DNA from: Acidobacteriota bacterium
GTDB taxonomy: Bacteria > Acidobacteriota > Vicinamibacteria > Fen-336
NCBI GenBank assembly: GCA_022340585.1
Contig: JAJDNS010000037.1
Coordinates: 4,834 to 68,833 of the forward strand
DNA length: 64,000 nucleotides
Direction of reading: 5' to 3'
Position 1 is the stretch's first letter, and every line of letters begins with the position of its first letter. Under the pieces are notes generated by a model. It had not been told where the DNA came from and searched no databases. It saw nothing but the letters and a program-made list of their open reading frames with translations. The translations under genes were made by a program, and so were the position numbers. Shown here piece after piece: positions 54,433 through 63,305 of the stretch.

Positions 54433-55119
54433 ATGGAGCACCATGACCCGAGCACGCTCCTAGCCTCCGTCGAGACGATCCACTGGATCGCCCTCGCCAT
54501 CATGGCCATCGTCTACACCCTGCGCCTCTTCTGGCTGTACCAGTTCCGCAACGGCCGTGAGCGACAGCCCGCCGGCCAGCCCGACAAGACCAACGCCTCG
54601 AAGGGGGCCCTGTACTCCCTGGGCAACGTGCTCATGCCCTGGGCCATGGAGAGCACCCGGGACGGGCTGCCCTTCTATGCCACGTTCCTCGTCTTTCACC
54701 TCGGTGTCGCGGCCGGCATCGGCCTCGCCTTCGTGAGCTCGCTCTACCGGCCCGCGGTAGAGATCCCGGTGGTTGGAGTGACCGTCTTCGCGCTCCTGGC
54801 CGCGGCCTTCGCCATCGGCCTGTACCGGATCGTCCGGCGGTTCACTCTCCCGCACCTCAAGCTGATCAGCTCGCCCGACGACTACTTCGCGGTCGTCATG
54901 CTCACCGGCTGGTTCCTCTCCGGGATGCTCGCCCAGTCCTACTTCCTGGGCTGGCTCCAGAGCGAGCTGCTCCTCGTGGCCTTCCTTCTGTACACGAGCT
55001 TCTTCCTGATCTACGTGCCGTTCTCGAAGATCTCCCACTATCTCTACTACCCGTTCACCCGCTACTGGCTCGGCCGCAGCCTGGGCCACCGGGGCAGCAT
55101 GCCCTACGTCCGCGGGTGA
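54433..55119 (+). CDS. NarI/DsrM/HdrE-like membrane-bound cytochrome b subunit (putative)
   Basis: 228 aa, 5–6 transmembrane helices, with His residues positioned as potential haem ligands (HWIALAIMAIVY, FLVFHLGVAAG, SHYLYYPF). Immediately upstream of the Fe-S/CCG protein, as in DsrMK/HdrDE modules. Confidence 0.6.
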   Translation: MEHHDPSTLLASVETIHWIALAIMAIVYTLRLFWLYQFRNGRERQPAGQPDKTNASKGALYSLGNVLMPWAMESTRDGLPFYATFLVFHLGVAAGIGLAFVSSLYRPAVEIPVVGVTVFALLAAAFAIGLYRIVRRFTLPHLKLISSPDDYFAVVMLTGWFLSGMLAQSYFLGWLQSELLLVAFLLYTSFFLIYVPFSKISHYLYYPFTRYWLGRSLGHRGSMPYVRG

Positions 55120-55129
55120 AGGAGGCAAC

Positions 55130-56929
55130 TTGAGCGAACTTGCCCCGTCTCACAAGGTCGAGAAGATCCTCGAGCAGCTCCCCAGGAAGCTCACCCGGCA
55201 GGTGGTCGGCTCGCTGGTCGGCTGCGTGCACTGCGGGATGTGCCACGACTCCTGCCACTACGCCCTGGCCTTCCCCGACGACCCGAAGATGACCCCGTCC
55301 TACAAGGCGGACCAGCTGCGGAAGATCTTCAAGCAGCACCACGACTGGACGGGCCGGGTCTTTCCGAAGTGGGTCAAGGCCGGATCGCCGATGACCGACG
55401 ACGACCTGGAGGAGCTGAAGGACATCGCCTTCGGGACCTGCACCAACTGCCGCCGCTGCACCTACAACTGCCCCATGGGTGTGGACACCGCGACTCTCAA
55501 CCGCATCATGCGCGGGCTGCTCTCCCGCGTGGGCGTCATGCCCGAAGGCGTGCGGGTGGTGAGCAAGGACCAGTGGGAGATCGGGAACCAGATGGGGGTC
55601 CTCAAGGAGGACTACCTGGACACCCTCGACTGGATGTCCGAGGAGCTGGAGGAGCAGCTCGGGCACGACCGCGCCAGGATCCCGGTGGACAAGAAGGGCG
55701 CGAAGGTGATGTACACCATCAACCCCCGCGAGGCCAAGTACGACCCCCGGACGATCAAGGCCGCCGCCCTCATCTTCTATGCCGCCGGCGAGGACTGGAC
55801 CATGCCCAGCGAAGGCTGGGACCAGACCAACTTCGGCCTGTTCTCCGGTGACGACCAGCTCGGCGGCGTGTGCGGGAAGCGCGTCTACGAGAAGCTCGCC
55901 GAGCTCGGCTCGAAGGAGCTCGTCATCTCCGAGTGCGGCCACGGGTACCGGTCGACCCGCTGCGAGGCCCCGAACTGGGCCGGTGTCGACGTGGACTTCA
56001 CCATGGAGAGCTCGGTCATGACCATGCTCCGCTACGTGAAGGAGGGCCGCATCAAGGTCGACAAGAGCCGGAACAAGGAGCGGGTGACGTTCCACGACTC
56101 GTGTAACAACGCCCGCAGCTGCGGGTTCTACGAGGAGCCGCGGGAGCTGCTGAACCTGGTGGTCAGCGACTTTCAGGAGATGTACCCCAACCGCACGGAG
56201 AACTACTGCTGCACCGGCGGGGGCGGGGCCATGTCGATGGCGGAGTACACGCCCCGCCGTTTGAAGTCCGGCAAGGTCAAGGCCGACCAGATCAGGGCCA
56301 CCGGGGCGAAGGTCGTGGTGACCTCCTGCCACAACTGCGTGGACGGGCTCGGCGACCTCATCAAGCACTACAAGCTCGACTGCGAGGTGAAGCAGCTCGT
56401 GGACCTGGTGGCCGAGGCCCTGGTCCTCGACGAGCTCGAGAAGCCGAAGGCAGAAGCGGCCCCGGCAGAGGTCACGGCCCCGGCTCCGGCCCCGGTCGAG
56501 GCGGCCGAGCCCCGGCCGGAGCCGGCGGCGCCCCTCGGCGGACGGCGGATCCTCGTCGTCGACGACGAGGAGGACGTCCGGACGTTCCTTTCGACGGTCC
56601 TCGAGGACGCCGGGGCCGTGGTTCTGCAGGCCACGGACGGAGACGAGGCCATGGCCGCCATGGCGGCGGAGAAGCCGGACCTCGTCACCCTGGACCTGTC
56701 GATGCCCGGCAAGGATGGTGTCGAGGCCTTCGCCGAGATGCGGAAGCACCCGGGGATCAAGGAGATTCCGGTGTGCGTGGTGACCGGTCACCCGGAGTTT
56801 CGGAAGGTGATCTACGACCGGGCGGTCCCCCCGCCCGAGGGCTACATGGACAAGCCGATCGACGAGGAGGAGTTGGTCTCCAATCTCAAGCGCATCCTCG
56901 ATCTGCGGGAGAAGAAGACCCACCAGTGA
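55130..56929 (+). CDS. HdrD/GlpC/DsrK-like Fe-S protein (two 4Fe-4S ferredoxin motifs plus CCG domains) fused to a C-terminal response-regulator receiver domain
   Basis: CVHCGMCHDSCHY and CTNCRRCTYNCPMG (CxxCxxCxxxC[HP]). CCG-domain cysteines (CGHGYRSTRC, CNNARSC, NYCCTGGGG, SCHNC). Pro/Ala-rich linker, then a full REC domain (RRILVVDDEEDV...DLVTLDLSMPGKDG...GYMDKP). Confidence 0.75.
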   Translation: MSELAPSHKVEKILEQLPRKLTRQVVGSLVGCVHCGMCHDSCHYALAFPDDPKMTPSYKADQLRKIFKQHHDWTGRVFPKWVKAGSPMTDDDLEELKDIAFGTCTNCRRCTYNCPMGVDTATLNRIMRGLLSRVGVMPEGVRVVSKDQWEIGNQMGVLKEDYLDTLDWMSEELEEQLGHDRARIPVDKKGAKVMYTINPREAKYDPRTIKAAALIFYAAGEDWTMPSEGWDQTNFGLFSGDDQLGGVCGKRVYEKLAELGSKELVISECGHGYRSTRCEAPNWAGVDVDFTMESSVMTMLRYVKEGRIKVDKSRNKERVTFHDSCNNARSCGFYEEPRELLNLVVSDFQEMYPNRTENYCCTGGGGAMSMAEYTPRRLKSGKVKADQIRATGAKVVVTSCHNCVDGLGDLIKHYKLDCEVKQLVDLVAEALVLDELEKPKAEAAPAEVTAPAPAPVEAAEPRPEPAAPLGGRRILVVDDEEDVRTFLSTVLEDAGAVVLQATDGDEAMAAMAAEKPDLVTLDLSMPGKDGVEAFAEMRKHPGIKEIPVCVVTGHPEFRKVIYDRAVPPPEGYMDKPIDEEELVSNLKRILDLREKKTHQ

Positions 56930-56963
56930 GGCCGCGCCGTGGCGGAGGCCGCGGGAGAGACAG

Positions 56964-58451
56964 ATGCCGGCTGACAGCGCCGCGCCGCCGGTGGCGAACG
57001 CGGGCCCGGAGGGCCCTTACCGCCAGTACTTCGAGGACATGCCGTGCTACCTGTCCGTCCACGACCGGAGGTTCCGGATCGTCGACGGCAACCGCCGATT
57101 CCACGAGGATTTCGGGGGTCGGATCGGCGAGCCGTGCTACGAGGTCTACAAGGGCCTCGAGGGCGTCTGCCCGGACTGCCCGGTGGAGGCGACCTTCGCC
57201 GACGGAGGGAGCCACAGCAGCGAGCAGACCCTCATCAACAAGCACGGCCGGAAGGTCCCGGTCATGGTCAACACCACCCCCGTCCGCGACGAGGGCGGCA
57301 AGGTGGTGGCGGTCATGGAGATGCACACCGACCTCACCGAGGTGAAGCGCCTCGAGAGCCTGCTTCAGCACAGCCAGGAGCGTCTGGCCCAGCTCTTCGA
57401 GGAGGTGCCCTGCTATGTCACCGTTCAGGGCCCCGACCTCGTGGTGAGTCACGCCAACCGCAAGTTCCGCGAGACATTCGGGGCGGCGGTGGGGAACCAC
57501 TGCTACCGGGTCTACAAGCATCGGGAGGAGCAATGCCTGGTCTGCCCCACCCTGCGGACACTGGCCGACGGCGAGGTGCGCCATCACGAGGAGGTCGTGC
57601 TCTCGGCCGAGGGTGAGAGGATCAACGTCCTCTGCACCACCGCCCCCGTCCACGACGCCGAGGGACGCGTCGAGGGCGCCATCGAGATGTCCGTCGACAT
57701 CACCGAGCTGCGCCGGCTCCAGCCCCAGCTCGCCTCCATCGGGCTCCTGGTGGGCTCCATCTCCCACGGGATCAAGGGCCTCCTGAGCGGGCTGGACGGA
57801 GGCATCTACCTGGTCAACACCGGTCTGCAGAAGGACCGGCCCGAGAGGGTCAAGAAGGGCTGGGACATGGTCCAGCGGAACGTGACCGCGATCCGGAGCA
57901 TGGTCCTGGACATCCTCTACTACGCGAAGGATCGGGAGCTGCTGCTGAGCGACGTGAGCGTCGAGCAGCTCGTCTCCGAGCTGCGGGACGTGATCGGCAA
58001 GAAGGCCAGCGACCAGGGGACCGAGCTCGAGCTGGAGGTCCGCGGCGAGGCGGGCTCGCTCGAGGGCGACTACAAGGCCATCCGCTCCATGCTGGTGAAC
58101 GTCCTGGAGAACTCCCTCGAGGCCTGCCGGAGCGACCAGCAGAAGGACGGGCACCGGGTCCGGCTCGGTGTGTGGCGGACCCCGCCCTGGATGGTCTTCG
58201 AGGTCGAGGACAACGGAATCGGAATGGACCGGGAGACCCGGGAGAAGATCTTCTCCCTGTTCTTCTCGTCCAAGGGCATCAAGGGCACCGGCCTCGGGCT
58301 GTTCATCGCCAACAAGATCGTGGACCGGCACGGTGGCAGCATCGAGGTGGAGTCGGAGCCCGGACGGGGAACCCGCTTCCTCGTGCGTCTGCCCCTGGAG
58401 GCGCGACCGAGCACCCGTCCTCCCGACCAGGAGGTAGCGGAGACGACATGA
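56964..58451 (+). CDS. sensor histidine kinase with two Cys-rich PAS domains
   Basis: Two PAS domains, each with a C-x26/28-C-x10/11-C-x2-C pattern (MPCY...EPCYEVYKGLEGVCPDCP; VPCY...NHCYRVYKHREEQCLVCP). HisKA H-box SISHGIKGL. HATPase_c (DNGIGMD, GTGLGLFIA). Confidence 0.85.
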   Translation: MPADSAAPPVANAGPEGPYRQYFEDMPCYLSVHDRRFRIVDGNRRFHEDFGGRIGEPCYEVYKGLEGVCPDCPVEATFADGGSHSSEQTLINKHGRKVPVMVNTTPVRDEGGKVVAVMEMHTDLTEVKRLESLLQHSQERLAQLFEEVPCYVTVQGPDLVVSHANRKFRETFGAAVGNHCYRVYKHREEQCLVCPTLRTLADGEVRHHEEVVLSAEGERINVLCTTAPVHDAEGRVEGAIEMSVDITELRRLQPQLASIGLLVGSISHGIKGLLSGLDGGIYLVNTGLQKDRPERVKKGWDMVQRNVTAIRSMVLDILYYAKDRELLLSDVSVEQLVSELRDVIGKKASDQGTELELEVRGEAGSLEGDYKAIRSMLVNVLENSLEACRSDQQKDGHRVRLGVWRTPPWMVFEVEDNGIGMDRETREKIFSLFFSSKGIKGTGLGLFIANKIVDRHGGSIEVESEPGRGTRFLVRLPLEARPSTRPPDQEVAETT

Positions 58452-58846
58452 GGATCCTCGTGGTCGACGACGACCCCGACGTCGTCGAGTACCTGTCCTC
58501 CTTCCTCGAAGACGAGGGTTGCGAGGTCGCGTCGGCCGGCGACGAGCGCACGGCACTGGAAGAGGTGGAGCGCTCCACCCCCGACGCCATCCTGATCGAC
58601 GTCATGCTGCCCGGGCGGTCGGGTCTCGACCTCCTCCTCCGCCTGCGTCGTGACCCTCGTTGGACCGAGATTCCCCTCGTCCTCGTCACCGGAGACGACA
58701 GCGTGCTCAAGGACGAATGTCGCTCCTATCTCGAAGCTCATCCGGATGTCAGGGGGCCCGACCGCGTGCTCGGGAAGCCCATGGAACGCGACCTGCTTCT
58801 CTCGGTTCTGAAGGGGGTCGCCGTCGTCAGCACCACCCCGGGATAG
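58448..58846 (+). CDS. single-domain response regulator (CheY-like receiver)
   Basis: ATGA overlap with the upstream histidine kinase. MRILVVDDDPDV...ILIDVMLPGRSG...LVTGDD...GKP receiver motifs. Confidence 0.8.
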   Translation: MRILVVDDDPDVVEYLSSFLEDEGCEVASAGDERTALEEVERSTPDAILIDVMLPGRSGLDLLLRLRRDPRWTEIPLVLVTGDDSVLKDECRSYLEAHPDVRGPDRVLGKPMERDLLLSVLKGVAVVSTTPG

Positions 58847-58931
58847 AGGTTGGACGCCCCTCCCGGTGCTATGCTTGGCGCAAGGGAAGGGGGCGGCCCG
58901 AGTCCCGACTTTCGACCGCCAGGGAGGCGAG

Positions 58932-59330
58932 ATGGCCCAACTCCGCGTGCTCGTCATCGACGACGAGCCTGACCAGACGACCTACCTGTCCACCCTCCTG
59001 CAGGACCAGGGGTGGGAGGCGCGCACCGCGAACTCGGCCGACGAGGGCCTCGCCCTGGCCCGCGAGGAAGTTCCCGACGTGGTCCTCCTCGACGTGATGA
59101 TGCCCGAGCGCGGCGGCCTCAGCACCCTGATCGCCCTGCGCAAGGACGAGAAGACGAAGTCGGTTCCGGTGGTCCTCGTGACCGGGATCCAGGCGGAGCT
59201 CACCCACGACTTCTCCGCCTTCCTGGACCGCTTCAAGAAGCATCACCCGGACGCGTATCTCGAGAAGCCGGTGGACCCCGAGAAGCTCCTGAAGACCCTC
59301 GACGAGGTCTGCAGCCCCGCCGCCCCCTGA
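58932..59330 (+). CDS. single-domain response regulator (CheY-like receiver)
   Basis: ATG at 58932 (MAQLRVLVIDDEPDQ...VLLDVMMPERGG...LVTGIQ...EKP) within ORF 58866..59330. Confidence 0.75.
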   Translation: MAQLRVLVIDDEPDQTTYLSTLLQDQGWEARTANSADEGLALAREEVPDVVLLDVMMPERGGLSTLIALRKDEKTKSVPVVLVTGIQAELTHDFSAFLDRFKKHHPDAYLEKPVDPEKLLKTLDEVCSPAAP

Positions 59331-59548
59331 GGGAGCAGGGTCAGGCGGTGAGGTATCGCGCCGCGGGGCCATCAGGGCGGCGCGGTGCGAAATGAGAGGG
59401 ATGTGTCGGGGCAGGGAGCCGGGTGGAGTGGTGCGGTGTGGCGAGGCCCGGGGGAGACCTGGCGTCGGGGGATGGAGGTTGGTTGGGACGGGAGACGGCG
59501 CGAGGGGGAGATTGCGCTGGCATCGACGGCCCGGCGGCGATGCCAGCG

Positions 59549-60922
59549 CTATATGCCGTAGGTCTTGATCTTCTCCCAGAGGGTCTTGCGGCTGATGCCG
59601 AGGATCTCGGCGGCGTCGTTGCGGCGGCCGTCGGTGGCGGCGAGGGCGGCCCGAATGGTCTCCATCTCCGCGCGCTCGACCGCCCGCCGCAGTGGCTCGG
59701 CCGAGCGGGGGGACGCGAGTGACGGCGGCAGGGGAGGCGCGTCGCGCAGGCTCGGGGGAAGGTGCTCGGGGGTGATCTGGGACCCGCGGCAGAACACCAC
59801 CGCTCGCTCGATGACGTTGCGGAGCTCGCGCACGTTGCCGGGCCAGGCATGGCCGTCCAGGACCTCCAGGGCGTCGTCCGAGAGGCCCTCGATCTCCTTG
59901 CCGCGCTCGCCGCTGAACTCCCGCAGGAAGGCCTGGGCCAGCAGCGGGATGTCCTCGCGCCGCTCCCGGAGGGGCGGCAGGCGGATCGGGACGGTGTTGA
60001 TGCGGAAGAAGAGGTCTTCGCGGAAGCCGCCCTCGGCGATCCCCTCCTCCAGCGATCGCAGAGACGCCGAGACGAATCGGACGTCGACGTCGATCGGCCG
60101 GTTGGAGCCAAGGCGCTCGATCTGGCGCTCCTGCAGCACGCGGAGCAGCTTGGCCTGAACGGCGAGGGGCAGGTCGCCGATCTCGTCGAGGAAGAGTGTC
60201 CCGCCCGCGGCGGCCTCGAAGCGCCCGATGCGGCGCTGGGTAGCGCCGGTGAAGGCCCCCTTCTCGTACCCGAACAGCTCGGACTCCACCAGGGACTCGG
60301 GCAGGGACGCGCAGCTCACCCGGATGTAGGGCCCGGCCCGACGCCTGGAGTTGTAGTGAATGGCCGAGGCCACCAGCTCCTTCCCGGTCCCGCTGTCGCC
60401 CTGGATCAGCACGCTGGCGTCGGAGTGGGCCACTTCCTGGATGAGCCAGAAGACCTCCTGCATCTTCCTGGACTTGCCAATGATGTTGGAGAACGAGTAG
60501 CGCTCCTCGAGCTGCTCCCGAAGACGGACGTTCTCCTCCTGGAGCTGCCGCCGTGAGCAGACGCTCTCGATGCGAATGAGCAGCTGGGCCATCGAGAATG
60601 GCTTGGTGACGAAGTCGGCCGCTCCCTCGCGCATGGCCGCAACCGCCTTCTCGACGGAGCCATGGGCGGTGATGAGGAGCACCGTGGCGCCCGCGTGAAG
60701 CGCCTTGACCCGGCGCAGAAGCTCCATCCCGTCGAGGGATGGCATCACCAGGTCCGTCACCACGACGTCGTGAAGGTACTGCTCGAAGAGGGCCATGGCC
60801 TTGACGCCGTCGACGGCCACGTCGACGGTCCACCCGTTCTTCCGGAGCGCGTCGGCCATGCTCACCCGGAGCAGGGGCTCGTCCTCGGCGATCAGCAGGC
60901 GGTTGCCACACGGAGCCGTCAT
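59549..60922 (-). CDS. sigma-54-dependent Fis-family response regulator (NtrC-like: REC, AAA+ sigma-54 activator, HTH)
   Basis: REC ([11 protein letters not shown]...[12 protein letters not shown]). AAA+ with Walker [31 protein letters not shown]-terminal Fis HTH ([21 protein letters not shown]). Confidence 0.92.
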   Translation of the reverse strand: MTAPCGNRLLIAEDEPLLRVSMADALRKNGWTVDVAVDGVKAMALFEQYLHDVVVTDLVMPSLDGMELLRRVKALHAGATVLLITAHGSVEKAVAAMREGAADFVTKPFSMAQLLIRIESVCSRRQLQEENVRLREQLEERYSFSNIIGKSRKMQEVFWLIQEVAHSDASVLIQGDSGTGKELVASAIHYNSRRRAGPYIRVSCASLPESLVESELFGYEKGAFTGATQRRIGRFEAAAGGTLFLDEIGDLPLAVQAKLLRVLQERQIERLGSNRPIDVDVRFVSASLRSLEEGIAEGGFREDLFFRINTVPIRLPPLRERREDIPLLAQAFLREFSGERGKEIEGLSDDALEVLDGHAWPGNVRELRNVIERAVVFCRGSQITPEHLPPSLRDAPPLPPSLASPRSAEPLRRAVERAEMETIRAALAATDGRRNDAAEILGISRKTLWEKIKTYGI

Positions 60923-62415
60923 ACCTCGTCCTCGTCCTCCTGGTCCTCGTCCCTGGGGAAGAGGACGCGGAAGACCGACCCTTCACCCTCGGTGGTCTCC
61001 ACCTCGAGGCCCCCGCCGTGGGCGGTGGCGATGTTGTAGCTCACGGCGAGGCCGAGGCCTGTCCCCTTGCCCACGTCCCGGGTCGTGAAGAAGGGATCGA
61101 AGATCCGCTCGCGGATGGCCTCGGGGATTCCGGAGCCGGTGTCGCCCACCTCGACGACCTCCCACGCCCCCTGCCGCAGTGTGCGCAAGGTCAGCGTCCC
61201 GCCCTCGGGCATCGCCTGCAGCGCGTTGAGAACGAGGTTGAGGAAGAGCTGCTCGACCTGGAAGCGGTCGCCGACGATCCAGGGGTCGCGGGGATCGAGC
61301 TCGAAGCGGGGTTCCACCCCGCTCTTGCGGAGCTGGAACCGCACGAGGTCGATCACCTGCTTGAGGCTCTGGTTCAGCGAGGCCGGCCCGAGCCGCATGG
61401 AGCGAGGCCGCGAGAAGTCCAGGAGGCTGGCGACGGTGCGCTCGATCCGCTTGACCCCGTCGTGGATGAGACCGAGATACTGCTCACGCATCTCCGTGTT
61501 CTCGGGGTCGTCCCGCATGTTCTCGATGCAGGTCAGGACGCCGGCGACCGGGTTGTTGACCTCGTGAGCCACCCCGGCGGCGAGCGTGCCGACCGCGGCC
61601 ATCTTCTCGGTGTGGGCAAGCTGGGACTGCTGCACCTTCTCGCGCTCGCGGTTCTCCGCGAGCTCGTCCATCATGCCGTTGAAGGCCTTCCCCAGCTCTC
61701 CGATCTCGTCGTGGCGTCGCGACGTCGCGCGCACCGCGAGATCCCCGTGGGCCGCCCTCTGCATCACCTGGTGCAGGGCCAGGATCGGCCGGATCAGCCA
61801 CTCCATGGAGATGGCGCTGATCACGGCGTTGACCGCGAGCACCAGCAGCGCGATCACGACGAGGCGCGAAGCCATGAGCTCGATCTCCCGCTCCACCGGC
61901 TCCAGCGAGAAGCCCACCGCGAGGGAGCCCCAGAACTTGGTGGAGATGTGGAGCGGCTCCCGGATCTCGAGGACGCGCTCCCCTCCCTCCTCGATCCGTC
62001 TCTGGGCCGGGGGGGGACGCAGGACCGAGGCCGGATCGAGGGCCCGCTCGAAGGGGCGGCCCACCATCGGCCAGCGGTTGGAGTGGGTCACGATCCCGTC
62101 GGCGTCCGTCACGATGACGTAGAGCATCGCGTCGCGGTTGCTGGCGAGGATCTCGGAGATGTAGTTGTCGGTCAGGCCGGCGCTGGGGGCGCGTCCCAGG
62201 TCCTTGTTCATGAGGGCGTCGGTGATGGGGACCGCGAGGGCGGCGGCCACGCTCCGGGCCCGCCGCTCGATGGCATCGTTCTGCTGCTGGCGCTCGTGGG
62301 CGACGACGAGGAGGGTGACGATACCCATCGTGATCGCGATGGCCGCGTTCGAGAAGAGGAAGATCTTCGGCCGCAGCCCCAGCCTGGGAAGGCCGAGCCG
62401 CTCGGTCAGGGACAC
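60919..62415 (-). CDS. sensor histidine kinase with periplasmic-type sensor region and HAMP domain
   Basis: C-terminal 499 aa of ORF 60919..63234 (GTG at 62415). Two transmembrane helices flank an approximately 150-aa region. HAMP ([35 protein letters not shown]). H-box VAHEVNNPV. HATPase_c ([15 protein letters not shown]). 4-nt overlap with the NtrC-like gene. Confidence 0.8.
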   Translation of the reverse strand: MSLTERLGLPRLGLRPKIFLFSNAAIAITMGIVTLLVVAHERQQQNDAIERRARSVAAALAVPITDALMNKDLGRAPSAGLTDNYISEILASNRDAMLYVIVTDADGIVTHSNRWPMVGRPFERALDPASVLRPPPAQRRIEEGGERVLEIREPLHISTKFWGSLAVGFSLEPVEREIELMASRLVVIALLVLAVNAVISAISMEWLIRPILALHQVMQRAAHGDLAVRATSRRHDEIGELGKAFNGMMDELAENREREKVQQSQLAHTEKMAAVGTLAAGVAHEVNNPVAGVLTCIENMRDDPENTEMREQYLGLIHDGVKRIERTVASLLDFSRPRSMRLGPASLNQSLKQVIDLVRFQLRKSGVEPRFELDPRDPWIVGDRFQVEQLFLNLVLNALQAMPEGGTLTLRTLRQGAWEVVEVGDTGSGIPEAIRERIFDPFFTTRDVGKGTGLGLAVSYNIATAHGGGLEVETTEGEGSVFRVLFPRDEDQEDEDEV

Positions 62416-63305
62416 TGCAGCTCTCCGCGGGGCTGGGTGAGGGCCGTCGGCCCGAAGACCCGCTCGGCCAGGCGACGCACCATGTCGTAGTCGGCGTCGG
62501 CGGCGATGGTGAAGCCACCGGTCAGCTCGAGATCCCACCGCTCCTCGCTCCGCCGGGGCCGGGCCCTTCCCGGGAAGCGGAGGAGGACGGTGGAGAGGGC
62601 GTCGCGTTCCGACCGGGAGCTGCCCGGTGGCGTCACCCAGGGATAGGCGGGGATGGGTCCGGATCGGGCGAGGCGGCGCAGTCCCCGGTGCAGGAACAGC
62701 TCGCCGATGACGTCGCGGACTCCGCAGGCCTCCACCTCGCCCATGAGCACCGCTCGCGCCGCGCGCTCGTGTTGCCCGAAGTAGTGGCATGTGAAGTCGC
62801 GTCCGGGCTCGAGGCCGGCGTCCAGGAGCATGGCCCGCGGAACGAGGTGCGAGGAGGTGGACAGGGTGTCCCCGAAGCCGATGCGGTGGCCCGCGAGGTC
62901 CTGGAGGCTCTCGAACGGGCTGTCGGATCGCACGAGGACGTCGCTGTAGAAGACATCGCTTCCCTGTGTCTGGAGCCGGAGCAGGGGCTCGGCGCCACAC
63001 CGGGTATGGGCGCGAACATAGCTGAGCGGGCCGAGGTAGGCGAGGGCCACCCGCCCCGTGCACAGGTCGTCCACCGCTTCCTGATAGGAGGCGCTCACCG
63101 CCAGCGCCCACGGCTCCCCGGTCTGCTCGCTCAGGTAGTCGACCAGCGGCTGGTACTTCACGTACATCGAGCGCGGGTTGTAGAAGCTCACCACCCCGAG
63201 CCGGGCGGGCGCGTCTTCGCCAGCCGCCCCCCATCCAGGGAGCGCCCCGAGCAGCGCGGCGAGGGTGAGCAGTCCCAGGCGACTAGGGCGTGGTCGTCCG
63301 TGCAC
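62406..63305 (-). CDS. PhnD/SsuA-type periplasmic substrate-binding protein (phosphonate/phosphite-binding-like), probably signalling partner of the downstream histidine kinase
   Basis: Signal peptide. PBP type-2 fold with PhnD-like motifs (YQPLVDYLSEQTG, VDDLCTGRVALAYLGPLSY, DLAGHRIGFGDTLSTSSHLVP). Its stop overlaps the histidine-kinase start by about 10 nt. Confidence 0.68.
   Translation of the reverse strand: MHGRPRPSRLGLLTLAALLGALPGWGAAGEDAPARLGVVSFYNPRSMYVKYQPLVDYLSEQTGEPWALAVSASYQEAVDDLCTGRVALAYLGPLSYVRAHTRCGAEPLLRLQTQGSDVFYSDVLVRSDSPFESLQDLAGHRIGFGDTLSTSSHLVPRAMLLDAGLEPGRDFTCHYFGQHERAARAVLMGEVEACGVRDVIGELFLHRGLRRLARSGPIPAYPWVTPPGSSRSERDALSTVLLRFPGRARPRRSEERWDLELTGGFTIAADADYDMVRRLAERVFGPTALTQPRGELQCP

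Noticed and set aside
55055-56923. 622-aa minus-strand ORF antisense to the HdrD-like-REC gene
   Set aside because: The plus-strand frame has Fe-S, CCG and REC motifs; the antisense ORF is an artefact.
60983-63234. Several 300–770-aa ORFs in alternative frames across the HAMP kinase and PhnD-like genes, including the 290-aa N-terminal extension of ORF 60919..63234
   Set aside because: The extension overlaps the PhnD-like gene in another frame and is Arg/Pro/Gly low-complexity. Kinase homology starts at the GTG near 62415.
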